A stretch of DNA of 64,000 nt, taken from Squalus acanthias. Lineage: Eukaryota. Positions 35,618 through 46,058 of the stretch are shown in pieces. The notes beneath the pieces are model-generated. The model searched no databases and had not been told where the DNA came from. It saw only the letters and a list, made by a program, of their open reading frames with translations. Numbering within the stretch: the first letter of the stretch is position 1; every line of letters begins with the position of its first letter. The translations under genes were made by a program, and so were the position numbers. Where the stretch lies: positions 18,292,001-18,356,000 of the forward strand of contig CM059432.1 of the NCBI GenBank assembly GCA_030390025.1. Reading direction: 5' to 3'.

Positions 35618-36169
35618 TATGATCCTATAATATGTCACAATACTGTCTACAAGAGATATCTTCATACAGTGCTAACATTGCAGTATCCTGGTCATGATAG
35701 TTTATGGTTGAGCATACACATGAGTGTTCATCAGTGAGAAAGAGGAATAAAACTTGTTAAGAGCATAGTGGTACTAGCCTGAGTTTTGGGAAGGCCTCTT
35801 GCTTTACTCTCCCTGCTACCTTAATGCTCACATACCTAATGATATCAAGAGTGGCCTTCTCAAAAAGAGCCAAGGGCTTTCTCCACTTAGAGTCTGTTCC
35901 TTTTCACTATGCGCCATCTTGTCCTACAAGCAAAGCAGTCTTGAGATGTCGCAAGTTTAAGGAATGAATAGAGTGTTGTTCTGCAGCTCATCTGGCATGT
36001 TAGTAAATTAATATGGATCATACTGCTAGACTGTGTTAGAAGGATGTACTGTGCGAAACCTTTAAGAATTGAATATGACAACACTCTCAGATCTAAGTTG
36101 CAGCTTGTATTTGTCCATGCATGGTAAGGATTCAACAGGCTGTAAGGTTGTATGAAGTTATCAGGAAAC

Positions 36170-36290
36170 ACTTACTTTCCCACATTACAACAGTGACTCC
36201 ACTTCAAAAAGTACTTCATTGGCTGTAAAGCGCTTTGAGACGTCCGGTGGTCATGAAAGGCGCTATATAAATGCAAGTCTTTCTTTCTTT
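36170..36290 (+). mobile_element. 3' fragment of a DeuSINE-type SINE (L2-like tail)
   Basis: ACATTACAACAGTGACT..CTTCATTGGCTGTAAAGCGCTT..AAAGGCGCTATATAAATGCAAGTCTTTCTTT, same as tails at ~50150 and ~55810. Confidence 0.75.
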
Positions 36291-39200
36291 ACTGGTATGC
36301 ACACTTAGTTAAGCTGCTTGGTGCAGGAAACTGATCTGCAGCCTGACCTTGCAAGCTTTCCTTCGATCTGTATTCAGATCCGGGCCCCCTGATGGTGCAG
36401 ACAGCATTGACCCTGTTCCCTATCTCCTGCCTCGCTTACTCTGCCAGTCATTTCTGTGGTGGGCAACTTCGGTTCCAAAGAAGACATCCGTCCTTTCCCT
36501 CGCTCCCTTGCAGTATCACCTGATCTGTCAGTGTGAAGCCTCCATTTTCCAGGAATATTTCCATCAATCCATTCCCTGCTGTCCCAGGTTAGGCCTCAGT
36601 TGTCATTTGACCAGCAAAGTGTGTCATCTGCAGCAAAAGCTCGGCAGGAATTGCGTGACGTTTGCTGTGTTGTGCAAATAGGACAGTAATTGCAATAATT
36701 TGTGACCATTTAAAAAAAAAAAGAACATCTTTGAAAAGATTATTAAAGAGAAAATATTTTTTGCAGAAGGAACAGTGGGTATGCCGAAAGTGGTAACCAG
36801 CTCTGAGATGACTGTGAAATACTTTGAAAGCAGTGCAATTATAATCGTTTTTCTTAGATCTCCAGAATCTTCTGAACTAGTGATCAGCATTGTTCCTGCA
36901 CAGCGAGCAAACGATATGACCTTTACAGTAATCAAAAAATGGTTTGACCTTCAGTACAAGAAAGCCCACTTAATTACTGGCCCGAGGGCTAATTGGGTGC
37001 AGCTGCCCTCTGGGCAGCAGAGTGGTGTGCTGGGTAAGATCAAGGTTTATAGACAGAAGTATAGACACAAACACAGGCAGTTGATTAATCTGCACACAAT
37101 GAATCTATTGCCTGCTTCCCCTGATTATTCTCTCCCACTTGCAACGTGTAATGTGTCTGATGTTAACTCAAACATGCCTCTCGCCTTCAATCAGTCCCTC
37201 TCCATTTTGATGAGTGCAAGTATTTTTATTATGTTTTGTCTCTACTTTCCCCAAGCTTGCCTTCAGTTCCAGCCTATATTCTGTTCAAGCCAGTGTTTGT
37301 CGAGGAATTATCACCATGAATAACAGCGCAGGTTCTTCTAGTGCAGCGCTAATGGCCCATTCTAGGATGCTGAAGGCACTGACTTTGTGTTCCAGTCTCT
37401 GTTTTTAAAATAAAATATCTGCTTCTGCTGCATAAACACATTTGGGAATGGTTTCAAGTATCTTAAAAAAGATGAGCTTAAGCATCCTGATGCAGTCATT
37501 ACAACAGCACAGGATGCTGCCGCCATCATATTTGCTCGGCCCTGGTGTGCAGAGAAGCAGATTCATGCCTGCGGATCCTGGGCTGGTGAGATCTCAATCA
37601 TGACAAATGCTGTCGGAGAGAGACGAGGCTGGGTGCATCCCGCGGGAAGATTGCATCGCTGACTTTTTAATGACCCTCGTCGGCGTTGCTCTGATCCACC
37701 AGCAGAAGGAGTAATCTAAGTGGGGTGGTGGTGGTGGGGGGGGGGGCGGACGGAGCCAACTTGAAGAATTCCAGTTTAACCTTTCCTGATTTAGAAAACT
37801 GTGGGGGGTGAAATTCGATTCGGCCCGAAAACAGGCGGTGGCATCGCAGGGCGAGATTTGCTCGCGCCCGTTTAGAAAGCGCAGGCAGCACGTTAATTTG
37901 GCGCTGCCTGCTGATTTGAATGATTTCAGCGCGCAGCCCAGCGGCGAACGTGCTGCGTCAGGCTGTGCGCTGAGCAGGAGGCCCAATGTCGCATCGCCAT
38001 AGCGACGCTGCATTCTCTTAAAGCAAGGCTGTCATTTTTGAAGGCAGCCTTAAAGGTGAACTGCCTTCTGTAAAATGAATTAAAAATCATTCAAAAATAG
38101 ACAGTCTCTAGCTCTTAAAGCTCAACAACTTCTGAATTTTTTTTTTAAGTCATTCCAAACTAGGCAGTCTTCAGCTCTTAAAGCTGAATTGCCTTCTGCA
38201 CGTAAAAAATGGTAAAAGTGCTTCAGCACAAACACAAATGGCTCAACAGGCCAGGGAAAGGGCACCAAGGGTCTTGCACGCAGCACTCCAGCTTTGTGCA
38301 GGGGGTTAATGGAAAAGAGGTCCTCTACCCACAGGGGACCAGGAGCAACTCCAGAAAGAAGGATGTGGGACCAGATCGCCGAGGCCGTCACTGCCAACAG
38401 TGTTGCCCCTTCCAGGACCTGGCTTCAGTGACCAAAGAAGTTTCATGACCTCAGATGGGTGCTAAAGGTCAGTGAATGCATCTTCAAAAGCCATCTCCTA
38501 CCAATTGCACCACTAGCCTAATACACTGCTTAATGCGCTAACCCCCTCCACCACTCACCTACCAACAATCTCTACCAAACACGAGGCACAACTCACATTC
38601 CTAGCTTCACCTCACCCCCTTGGAGGAGACACTGCTGGCCATTCTTGGCAGGGGCATGGCTGAGCCCTTGGCCAGTGGCGGGGCTGAAAGAATACAAAAT
38701 GCTGGTGTCCTCATACCTTATCCTCCTTTTCAGATCCCACTTCCCCCTCATCCCACATTATTTTCTGATATACAAGCTGCACATGGTGTAAGCATGCACC
38801 TCTTGCATTCCCACCCTCCCCTCACCATAACCCTATCCTTGTGCCTTCCTCATTTCAGATACCCAAGAAATCCAGCCTGCCCAGCCAGTGGTTGACTAAG
38901 AAGAGGGAGAGGAGAGTGAAGAAGAAGAAACACCATCACTCGATTTCACACTCCCAGCCACCACTTCCTCGAGTTCATCTTGTAAGGCCATCTGCAGTGT
39001 CCCTCACTTCCACTAGCCATGCTGCAGCCACTGGGGTAGCACTGTGTAACATCACTAGGATAGGCAAAGGCACATGCAAGACAGTCACTAAGAGAATGCA
39101 CAAGGGTGATTAGATGATTTCTTGATGTAATATTGGATGCATATATAGATAAAGTTGGATTGGAAAGCTTTGTGGCCAAGAGGACGCTGTGAAGGTCAGT

Positions 39201-39560
39201 AACAGAGGGAAGGTAAAGTGTGGGACAGATGTTGAAAGGGGAATTGGGGTTGTGGTCACTGGTACCAGAGGCGGATGATTCCATGCCAGATATCCCAGCC
39301 AGAAAGGGGTTGTCTGGGTTGCCTCTTTCCTTCCGCTTCTTCCTCTTCTGCTTCCTCCTCTTCTGCTTCCTCCTCAAGCGAGCAATGTGTCCCCTTTGCT
39401 GCCTCTGCTCCATCTCCATGTGATGTTGCAGCCCAAGAGGGACTGCAGCTAGAGTCCCCGGGACTGTGAGCACGTGGTCTTCTCAGAGGCCTTCCTTTAA
39501 CATCCAATCCTTGCAAGCATCCAGCAGCACTGCCTGCATTCCCTACACTCTTTACCAAAA

Positions 39561-39858
39561 ATGTGCGGGTTAGGTTGATTTGGCTATGATAAATTGACCC
39601 TTAGTGTTAGGGGGGGATTAAATATGTGGGGTTACAGGGATAGGATGGGATATGTTAGGGGGAATTAAATACGTGGGGTTACAGGGATAGGGTGGGATAT
39701 GTGTCGGTGCAGGCTCGATGGGGATTCTGTGTGAGAAAGCAGGGACAGGGTACTGGATTTGGATGATCAGCCATGATCGTATTGAATGGTGGAGCAGGCT
39801 CGACGGGCCGAATGGCCTACTCCTGCTCCTAGTTTCTATGTTTCTATGTTTCTATGTT
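39561..39858 (+). mobile_element. 5'-truncated HE1-like V-SINE with CR1-derived tail
   Basis: GGGTTAGGTTGAT.TGGCTATG.TAAATTG.CCCTTAGTGT V-domain-like block; GCCTACTCCTGCTCCTA (TTTCTATG)n tail; TTTACCAA on both sides. Confidence 0.6.
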
Positions 39859-40175
39859 TACCAACTTTTTAAATGTATTGCACCAAGCCACTGCTCCAAT
39901 AAAGTATGAAAAAAACTCCCAAAAGTTGAACATAAACATAAGAACATAAGAACATAAGAAATAGGAGCAGGAGTAGGCCAATCGGCCCCTCGAGCCTGCT
40001 CCGCCATTCAATAAGATCATGGCTGATCTGATCCTAACCGCCAATCTACTATCTATCACAGAACCATCTCCTGCATCTAACAGAATTGCACACACGAAAT
40101 AGGAGCAGAATCAGGCTACACAGTCCCTGGGCCCGCTCCACTACCCACAGGGCCATGACCGATCCGAACCTAGAC

Positions 40176-43127
40176 TCATGTCCAAATTCCTGCCCGCTCC
40201 CCGTAACCCTTAATGCCCTTTACTTCCAGGAAACTGTCTATTTCTGTTTTAAATTTAATTAATGTTGTAGCTTCTACAGCTTTTTGTGGCAGCATATTCC
40301 ATGGACCTACCACCCTCTGAGTGAAGTAGTTCCTCCTCATCTCAGTTTTGAAAGAGCAGCCCCTTATTCTAAGACTATGTCCCCTAGTTCTCGTCTCACC
40401 CGTCATCGGGAACATCCTCCCCGCATCCACCCGATCCAACCCCTTCACAATCTTATATGTTTCAATAAGATCGCCTCTCATTCTTCTGAACTCCAATGAG
40501 TAGAGTCCCAATCTACCCAACCTCTCCTCATATGACCACCCCCTCATCCCCGGGATTAACCGAGTGAACCTTTTTTGCACTGCCTCGAGAGCAAGGATGT
40601 CTTTCCTTAAGTAAGGACACCAAAACTGTATGCAGTATTCCAGGTGCGGTCTCACCAATACCTTGTACAACTGAAGCAATACCTCCCTATTTTTATATTC
40701 TATCCCCCTAGCAATGAAAGCCAACATTCCATTGGCCTTCTTAATCACTTGCTGCACCTGCATACTAACCTTTTGAGTTTCGTGCACCAGGACCCCCAGA
40801 TCCCTTTGCACTTCAGTACTCTCCAGTTTCTTGCCATTAAGATAATAAATTGCTCTAGGATTTTTCCTGCCAAAGTGCATCACCTCACACTTTCCAGTGT
40901 TGTATGCCATCTGCCAAATCTCTGCCCACTTACTTAGCCTGTCTATGTCCCCTTGCAGGTTTTTTATGTCCTCCTCACTCACTACTTTCCCTCCCATCTT
41001 TGTATCATCTGCAAATTTTGATATGTTACACTTGGTCCCTTCCTCCAAATCGTTAATATAGATTGTGAAGAGTTGGGGACCCAGCACTGACCCCTGTGGA
41101 ACACCACTAGTTACTGATTGCCAGTCTGAGAATGAACCATTTATCCCAACTCTTTGCTTTCTGTTAGATAGCCAATCCTCTATCCATGCCAGAATATTAC
41201 CCCCAATCCCGTGATTTTTTACCTTAAGCAATAATCTTTTGTGTGGCACCTTGTCAAATGCCTTTTGGAAGTCTAAATACACTACGTCCACTGGTTCCCC
41301 TTTATCCACTCTATATGTTACTTCCTCAAAGAACTCCAGCAAATTTGTCAAACATGACTTCCCCTTCGTAAAACCATGCTGACTTTGTCCTATTAAATTA
41401 TGATTATCCAAATGTCCTGTTACTGTTTCCTTAATAATGGACTCCAAAATTTTACCTACCACAGATGTTAGGCTAACCGGTCTATAGTTACCAGCCTTCT
41501 GTCTACTGCCCTTTTTAAATAAGGGTGTTACATTAGCAGTTTTCCAGTCTGCCGGGACCTTAGCGGAATCCAGGGAGTTTTGAAAAATTATTACCAATGC
41601 ATCTACAATCCCTACCGCCACTTCCTTCAAGACTCTAGGATGTAAGCCATCAGGTCCAGGTGATTTATCCGCCTTGAGTCCCATTATTTTACCGAGTACC
41701 ACTTCCTTAGTGATTTTGATCGTGTTTAGCTCCTCTCCCCCTATAGCCCCCTGTTTGTCCAGTGTTGGGATATTCTTAGTGTCCTCTACTGTAAAGACTG
41801 ATACAAAATATTCATTCAGTGTTTTTGCCATCTCCATATTTCCCACCATTAATTTCCCGGTCTCATCCTCTAAGGGACCAACATTTACTTTAGCCACCCT
41901 TTTTCTTTTTATATAACTATAAAAACTCTTACTATCTGTTTTTATATTTTTTGCTAATTTACTTTCATAATCTATCTTCCCTTTCTTAATCAATCTTTTT
42001 GTTATTTTTTGCTGCCTTTTAAAGTTTTCCCAATCCTCTGTCCTCCCACTAGATTTCGCTACCTTATATGCCCTTGTTTTTAGTCGAATACTATCCTTAA
42101 TTTCTTTACTTAGCCATGGATGACTGTCCTTTCTTTTACACCCTTTTCTTTTCAGTGGAATATATTTTTTTTGGAAGTTGTAAAATAACTCCTTGAATGT
42201 ACACCACTGATCATGTGTCGTCTTACCCTTTAATCTATTTTCCCAATCCACTCTACTCAATTCCGCTCGCATACCTTCATAGTCTCCTTTATTCAAGCTT
42301 AGCACGCTTGTTTGAGATCCAACCTTCTCACCCTCTAATTGAATATGGAATTCAACCATGTTATGGTCACTCATTCCAAGGGGATCCTTTACTAGGACAT
42401 TTTTAATTAATCCTGTCTCGTTACACAGGACCAGATCTAAGGTTGCTTGCCCCCTGGTCGGTTCAGTTACATACTGCTCAAGAAACCCATCCCTAATACA
42501 CTCAATGAACTCATCCTCAAGGCAGCCCTGCCCCATTTGATTTGTCCAATTAATATGATAGTTAAAATCCCCCATAATTATAGATGTTCCCTTATTACAT
42601 GCCTCAACTATTTCCTGATTGATACTCCGTCCAATAGAGTTGCAACTGTTCGGAGGCCTATAGACTATGCCCACTAATGTTTTTTTCCCCTTATTATTCC
42701 TTATCTCCACCCAAACTGTTTCATTATCATGATTTTTTGACCCAATATCATTACTCTGTATTACAGTGATTCCTTCCTTTATTAACATAGCCACCCCACC
42801 TCCCCTTCCTTCCTGCCTGTCCTTCCTCATCGTTAAATAACCTGGTATGTTTAATTCCCAGGCATTGTCACCCTGCAGCCATGTTTCTGTAATGGCCACA
42901 ATATCATAACCATATGTAGTTATTTGTGCCATTAACTCGTCTATTTTGTTACGAATGCTACGTGCATTCAGATAGAGAACTTTCAAATATGCTTTGTGGC
43001 ACTTAGTTCCTGCTTTTTCACTTTTTACCAGTTTACCTTTTACTCCACACACTCTGTCCCTTCCTGCCACGCTCTGATTTGTGATTCCCCTACTGCTACC
43101 TATGTCTATGACCCTCTCTGTTGTCAT
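40176..43127 (-). CDS. CR1 ORF2: APE endonuclease and reverse transcriptase, 983 aa
   Basis: [54 protein letters not shown]. Confidence 0.95.
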   Translation of the reverse strand: MTTERVIDIGSSRGITNQSVAGRDRVCGVKGKLVKSEKAGTKCHKAYLKVLYLNARSIRNKIDELMAQITTYGYDIVAITETWLQGDNAWELNIPGYLTMRKDRQEGRGGGVAMLIKEGITVIQSNDIGSKNHDNETVWVEIRNNKGKKTLVGIVYRPPNSCNSIGRSINQEIVEACNKGTSIIMGDFNYHINWTNQMGQGCLEDEFIECIRDGFLEQYVTEPTRGQATLDLVLCNETGLIKNVLVKDPLGMSDHNMVEFHIQLEGEKVGSQTSVLSLNKGDYEGMRAELSRVDWENRLKGKTTHDQWCTFKELFYNFQKKYIPLKRKGCKRKDSHPWLSKEIKDSIRLKTRAYKVAKSSGRTEDWENFKRQQKITKRLIKKGKIDYESKLAKNIKTDSKSFYSYIKRKRVAKVNVGPLEDETGKLMVGNMEMAKTLNEYFVSVFTVEDTKNIPTLDKQGAIGGEELNTIKITKEVVLGKIMGLKADKSPGPDGLHPRVLKEVAVGIVDALVIIFQNSLDSAKVPADWKTANVTPLFKKGSRQKAGNYRPVSLTSVVGKILESIIKETVTGHLDNHNLIGQSQHGFTKGKSCLTNLLEFFEEVTYRVDKGEPVDVVYLDFQKAFDKVPHKRLLLKVKNHGIGGNILAWIEDWLSNRKQRVGINGSFSDWQSVTSGVPQGSVLGPQLFTIYINDLEEGTKCNISKFADDTKMGGKVVSEEDIKNLQGDIDRLSKWAEIWQMAYNTGKCEVMHFGRKNPRAIYYLNGKKLESTEVQRDLGVLVHETQKVSMQVQQVIKKANGMLAFIARGIEYKNREVLLQLYKVLVRPHLEYCIQFWCPYLRKDILALEAVQKRFTRLIPGMRGWSYEERLGRLGLYSLEFRRMRGDLIETYKIVKGLDRVDAGRMFPMTGETRTRGHSLRIRGCSFKTEMRRNYFTQRVVGPWNMLPQKAVEATTLIKFKTEIDSFLEVKGIKGYGERAGIWT

Positions 43128-43165
43128 TTTTATTTTTTGCTCTCTTGAAACCTCCCCCCCACTAA

Positions 43166-44122
43166 TTAGTTTAAAGCCCTCTCCACAGCCCTAGTTATTC
43201 GATTCGCCAGGACACCAGTCCCAGCACTGGCCAAGTGAAGTCCGTCCCAACGGAACAGCTCTCTCCTGCCCCAGTACTGGTGCCAGTGTCCCAAGAAGCA
43301 AAACCCATTTTTCCCACACCAGTCTTTGAGCCACGCATTCAACTCCCTGATTTTATTTACCCTAGCCAAATTTGCTCGTGGCTCAGGTAGTAATCCAGAG
43401 ATTATTACCCTCGAGGTTCTGCTTTTTAATTTGGCCCCTAGCTGCTCAAACTCCCTCAGCAGAACCTCTTTCCTTGTCCTATCTATGTCATTGGTACCAA
43501 CATGGACCACGACAACTGGATCCTCCCCCTCCCACTCCAAGTTTCTCTCCAGCCCAGAGGAGATGTCCTTAACCCTGGCACCGGGCAGGCAACACAGCCT
43601 TCGGGACTCTCGCTCTTGGCTGCAAAGAACCCTATCTATCCCCCTAATGATACTATCCCCTACCACTACAACATTTCTTTTTACTCCCCCCACTTGAATG
43701 GCCCCCCTTACCACGGTGCTGTGGCCAGGTTGCTCATCCTCCCTGCAGTCCCCGCTCCTATCCACACAGGGAGTAAGAGCCTCGAACCTGTTGGACAAGA
43801 GCAAGGGCTGCGGCTCCTCCAACACTACCTCCTGGATCCCTGTACCTGCCTCACTCGTAGTCACACCTTCCTGTCCCTGACCACGGGCTACTTCTGAATT
43901 AGTTACTCTAATTGGTGTGACTACCTCCTGAAACACGGAGTCCAGGTAACTCTCCCCCTCCCTGATGTGTCGCAGTGTTTGAAGCTCGGACTCCAGCTCA
44001 TCAACACGGAGCCGGAGTTCCTCGAGCAGCCAACACTTACTGCAAATGTGTTCACCGTGAACATCAATGGTGTCCACCAGCTCCCACATATTGCAGCAGT
44101 AACACATCACCTGCTCTCCCAT
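43166..44122 (-). CDS. CR1 ORF1: zinc finger/coiled coil and SGNH esterase, 318 aa
   Basis: CYCC..CSKC, heptad LEELRLRVDELESEL, GDSIIRG, HVGTND, DGLHL. Confidence 0.93.
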   Translation of the reverse strand: MGEQVMCYCCNMWELVDTIDVHGEHICSKCWLLEELRLRVDELESELQTLRHIREGESYLDSVFQEVVTPIRVTNSEVARGQGQEGVTTSEAGTGIQEVVLEEPQPLLLSNRFEALTPCVDRSGDCREDEQPGHSTVVRGAIQVGGVKRNVVVVGDSIIRGIDRVLCSQERESRRLCCLPGARVKDISSGLERNLEWEGEDPVVVVHVGTNDIDRTRKEVLLREFEQLGAKLKSRTSRVIISGLLPEPRANLARVNKIRELNAWLKDWCGKNGFCFLGHWHQYWGRRELFRWDGLHLASAGTGVLANRITRAVERALN

Positions 44123-44331
44123 TCTATGTAATTAATTAAAAATGTATTATTTACCCTTCAGTTAATTTATGCCAGCAGTCTCTGCTACACCACAGATACC
44201 CGAGAAACAATAAAATTGAAGTTTTGTATAAAAAAAAAGAGAAATACTCACCAACCAATCACTTACCTGCTTTCTGGTGACGTCACACTTCGATTATTTT
44301 TTACCTCTCTCCTGCTCTCGGCTTGGTGAAA

Positions 44332-44688
44332 GCCTACCTGGTCGCTGCCGCCTTTTACCGCCGCCGCCTCGCCGCTGTTGCTCCACCCAGGTCCGCCGCC
44401 TCTGTGGGCCTACCTGGTCGCTGCCGCCTTTTACCGCCGCCGCCTCGCCGCTGTTGCTCCACCCAGGTCCGCCGCCTCTGTGGGCCTACCTGGTCGCTGC
44501 CGCCTTTTACCGCCGCCGCCTCGCCGCTGTTGCTCCACCCAGGTCCGCCGCCTCTGTGGGCCTACCTGGTCGCTGCCGCCTTTTACCGCCGCCGCCTCGC
44601 CGCTGTTGCTCCACCCAGGTCCGCCGCCTCTGTGGGCCTACCTGGTCGCTGCCGCCTTTTACCGCCGCCGCCTCGCCGCTGTTGCTCC
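44332..44688 (-). repeat. 76-bp GC-rich monomer array (~4.7 units), CR1 5' UTR
   Basis: GTCGCTGCCG recurs at 44341, 44417, 44493, 44569, 44645. Confidence 0.95.
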
Positions 44689-46058
44689 AAATCGAAACTT
44701 ACCTGAAAGATGTATGTGTCCTTTTAAGAAGCGCTGACAGCATCTCTGTACAACAGCTGCGTGCACGTTCTTCCGTGTGTGGTTAGGGGAAGGCGGTATG
44801 GAGTGCGGCGACATCCAAGATGGCAGTCATGCGTAAATTCAGGTGTTGCCCGCCGATTGACGTCACGATCTACATATTTGCATGGGAGAGGCGAGCGCAG
44901 TCAACTGATGTAATAACAGCCTCGCTAAAATGGCAGGCGCTGTGTCCCGCGCCAGAAGCGGGTGGAAACAAGGCGTCTGCCAATTTTTCAACAAAAATTG
45001 CCTTAACGGCCGGCGCTACATCGAATTTCACGGCCTTTGCTTGCATGTGGCACGGTTGCCGGCCGAAAACTGATCAAACCCATCCAATTAGGTCATGTGA
45101 GTCTGAGTGGTGAAGAGCTCCAGGTCCGAGCCCTCAGGCCACAGAGAAGGCAGCAACAGAGGGGGCCATGCTTTCCGAAGGCCTTACCCACCTCACACAG
45201 GGTCTACAAACACAGGCTCAGATTCCTCGAACCTGTTTGAGGAGCAGTGCTTCAGGAGGCTCAGATTGTCGAGGCAGGTGGTCGCCGACCTCTGCAGCCT
45301 CCTGGATGAAAGCCTCCTGCCTGCTGGACCTGGTAGCCATGCCATGCCAGTGGTAGTGAAAGTCATCACTGCCCTCAACTGTTAAGCCTCTGGATCCTTT
45401 CAGGCTCCCAAGGGGGAACATATCGAGCTTGTCGCAGTCAACCAGTCGATATATCTCCTTCCCAACTGATGACAACAGTCAGACGGAAAGAGCATTAGGG
45501 ATTTGCAGCTCTGTCTGGCTTTCCACAAGTGCAGCGTGCGATAGACTGCACACACGTAGCTATCAGGGCGCTCTCCGACCAGCCAGGAGCCTTTGTTAAC
45601 TGCAAGGGCTTCCACTCCATTAACATACAACTTGTGTGCAACCACAATAAGAGGTTCATGCAGCTCATCTGCTGCTGAAACCCTTATTCATGCCTTTGTT
45701 ACCTCTAGATTTGACTATTCCAATGCTCTCTTGGTCGGCCTCCCATCTTTCACCCTCCATAAACTTGAGCTTATCCAAAGCTCTGCTGCCATATCCTAAC
45801 TTGCACCAAGTCCCGTTCATTCATCACCCCAGCGCTCGCTGACCTACATTGGTTCCCGGTCCACAAATGCCTCAATTTTAAAATGCTCATCTTTGTTTTC
45901 AAATCCCTCCATGGCCTCGTCCCTCCCTATCTCTGTAACCTCCTCCAGCTCTACAGCCCTCCGAGATCTCTGCACTCCTCCAATTCTGGCCTCTTGCACA
46001 TCCCCGATTTTAATCGCTCCATTTTTGTCCGCCGTGCCTTCAGTTGCCTAGGCCCTAA

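Larger units (their letters stand above)
39935..44688 (-). mobile_element. Full-length CR1 LINE with both ORFs intact
   Basis: 5' monomer array, ORF1, ORF2, 3' UTR and (ACATAAGA)n tail, all collinear. Confidence 0.95.
37804..45035. mobile_element. Degenerate internally deleted Harbinger: Myb remnant on + (~38240-38470), transposase ends on - (~39250-39555); hosts a SINE and a full-length CR1
   Basis: Ends GGGGGTGAAATTCGAT / ATCGAATTTCACGGCC; remnant ..MWDQIAEAVTANSV..RTWLQ*PKKFHDL; acidic EEEAEEEE tail; no clean TSD. Confidence 0.6.
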
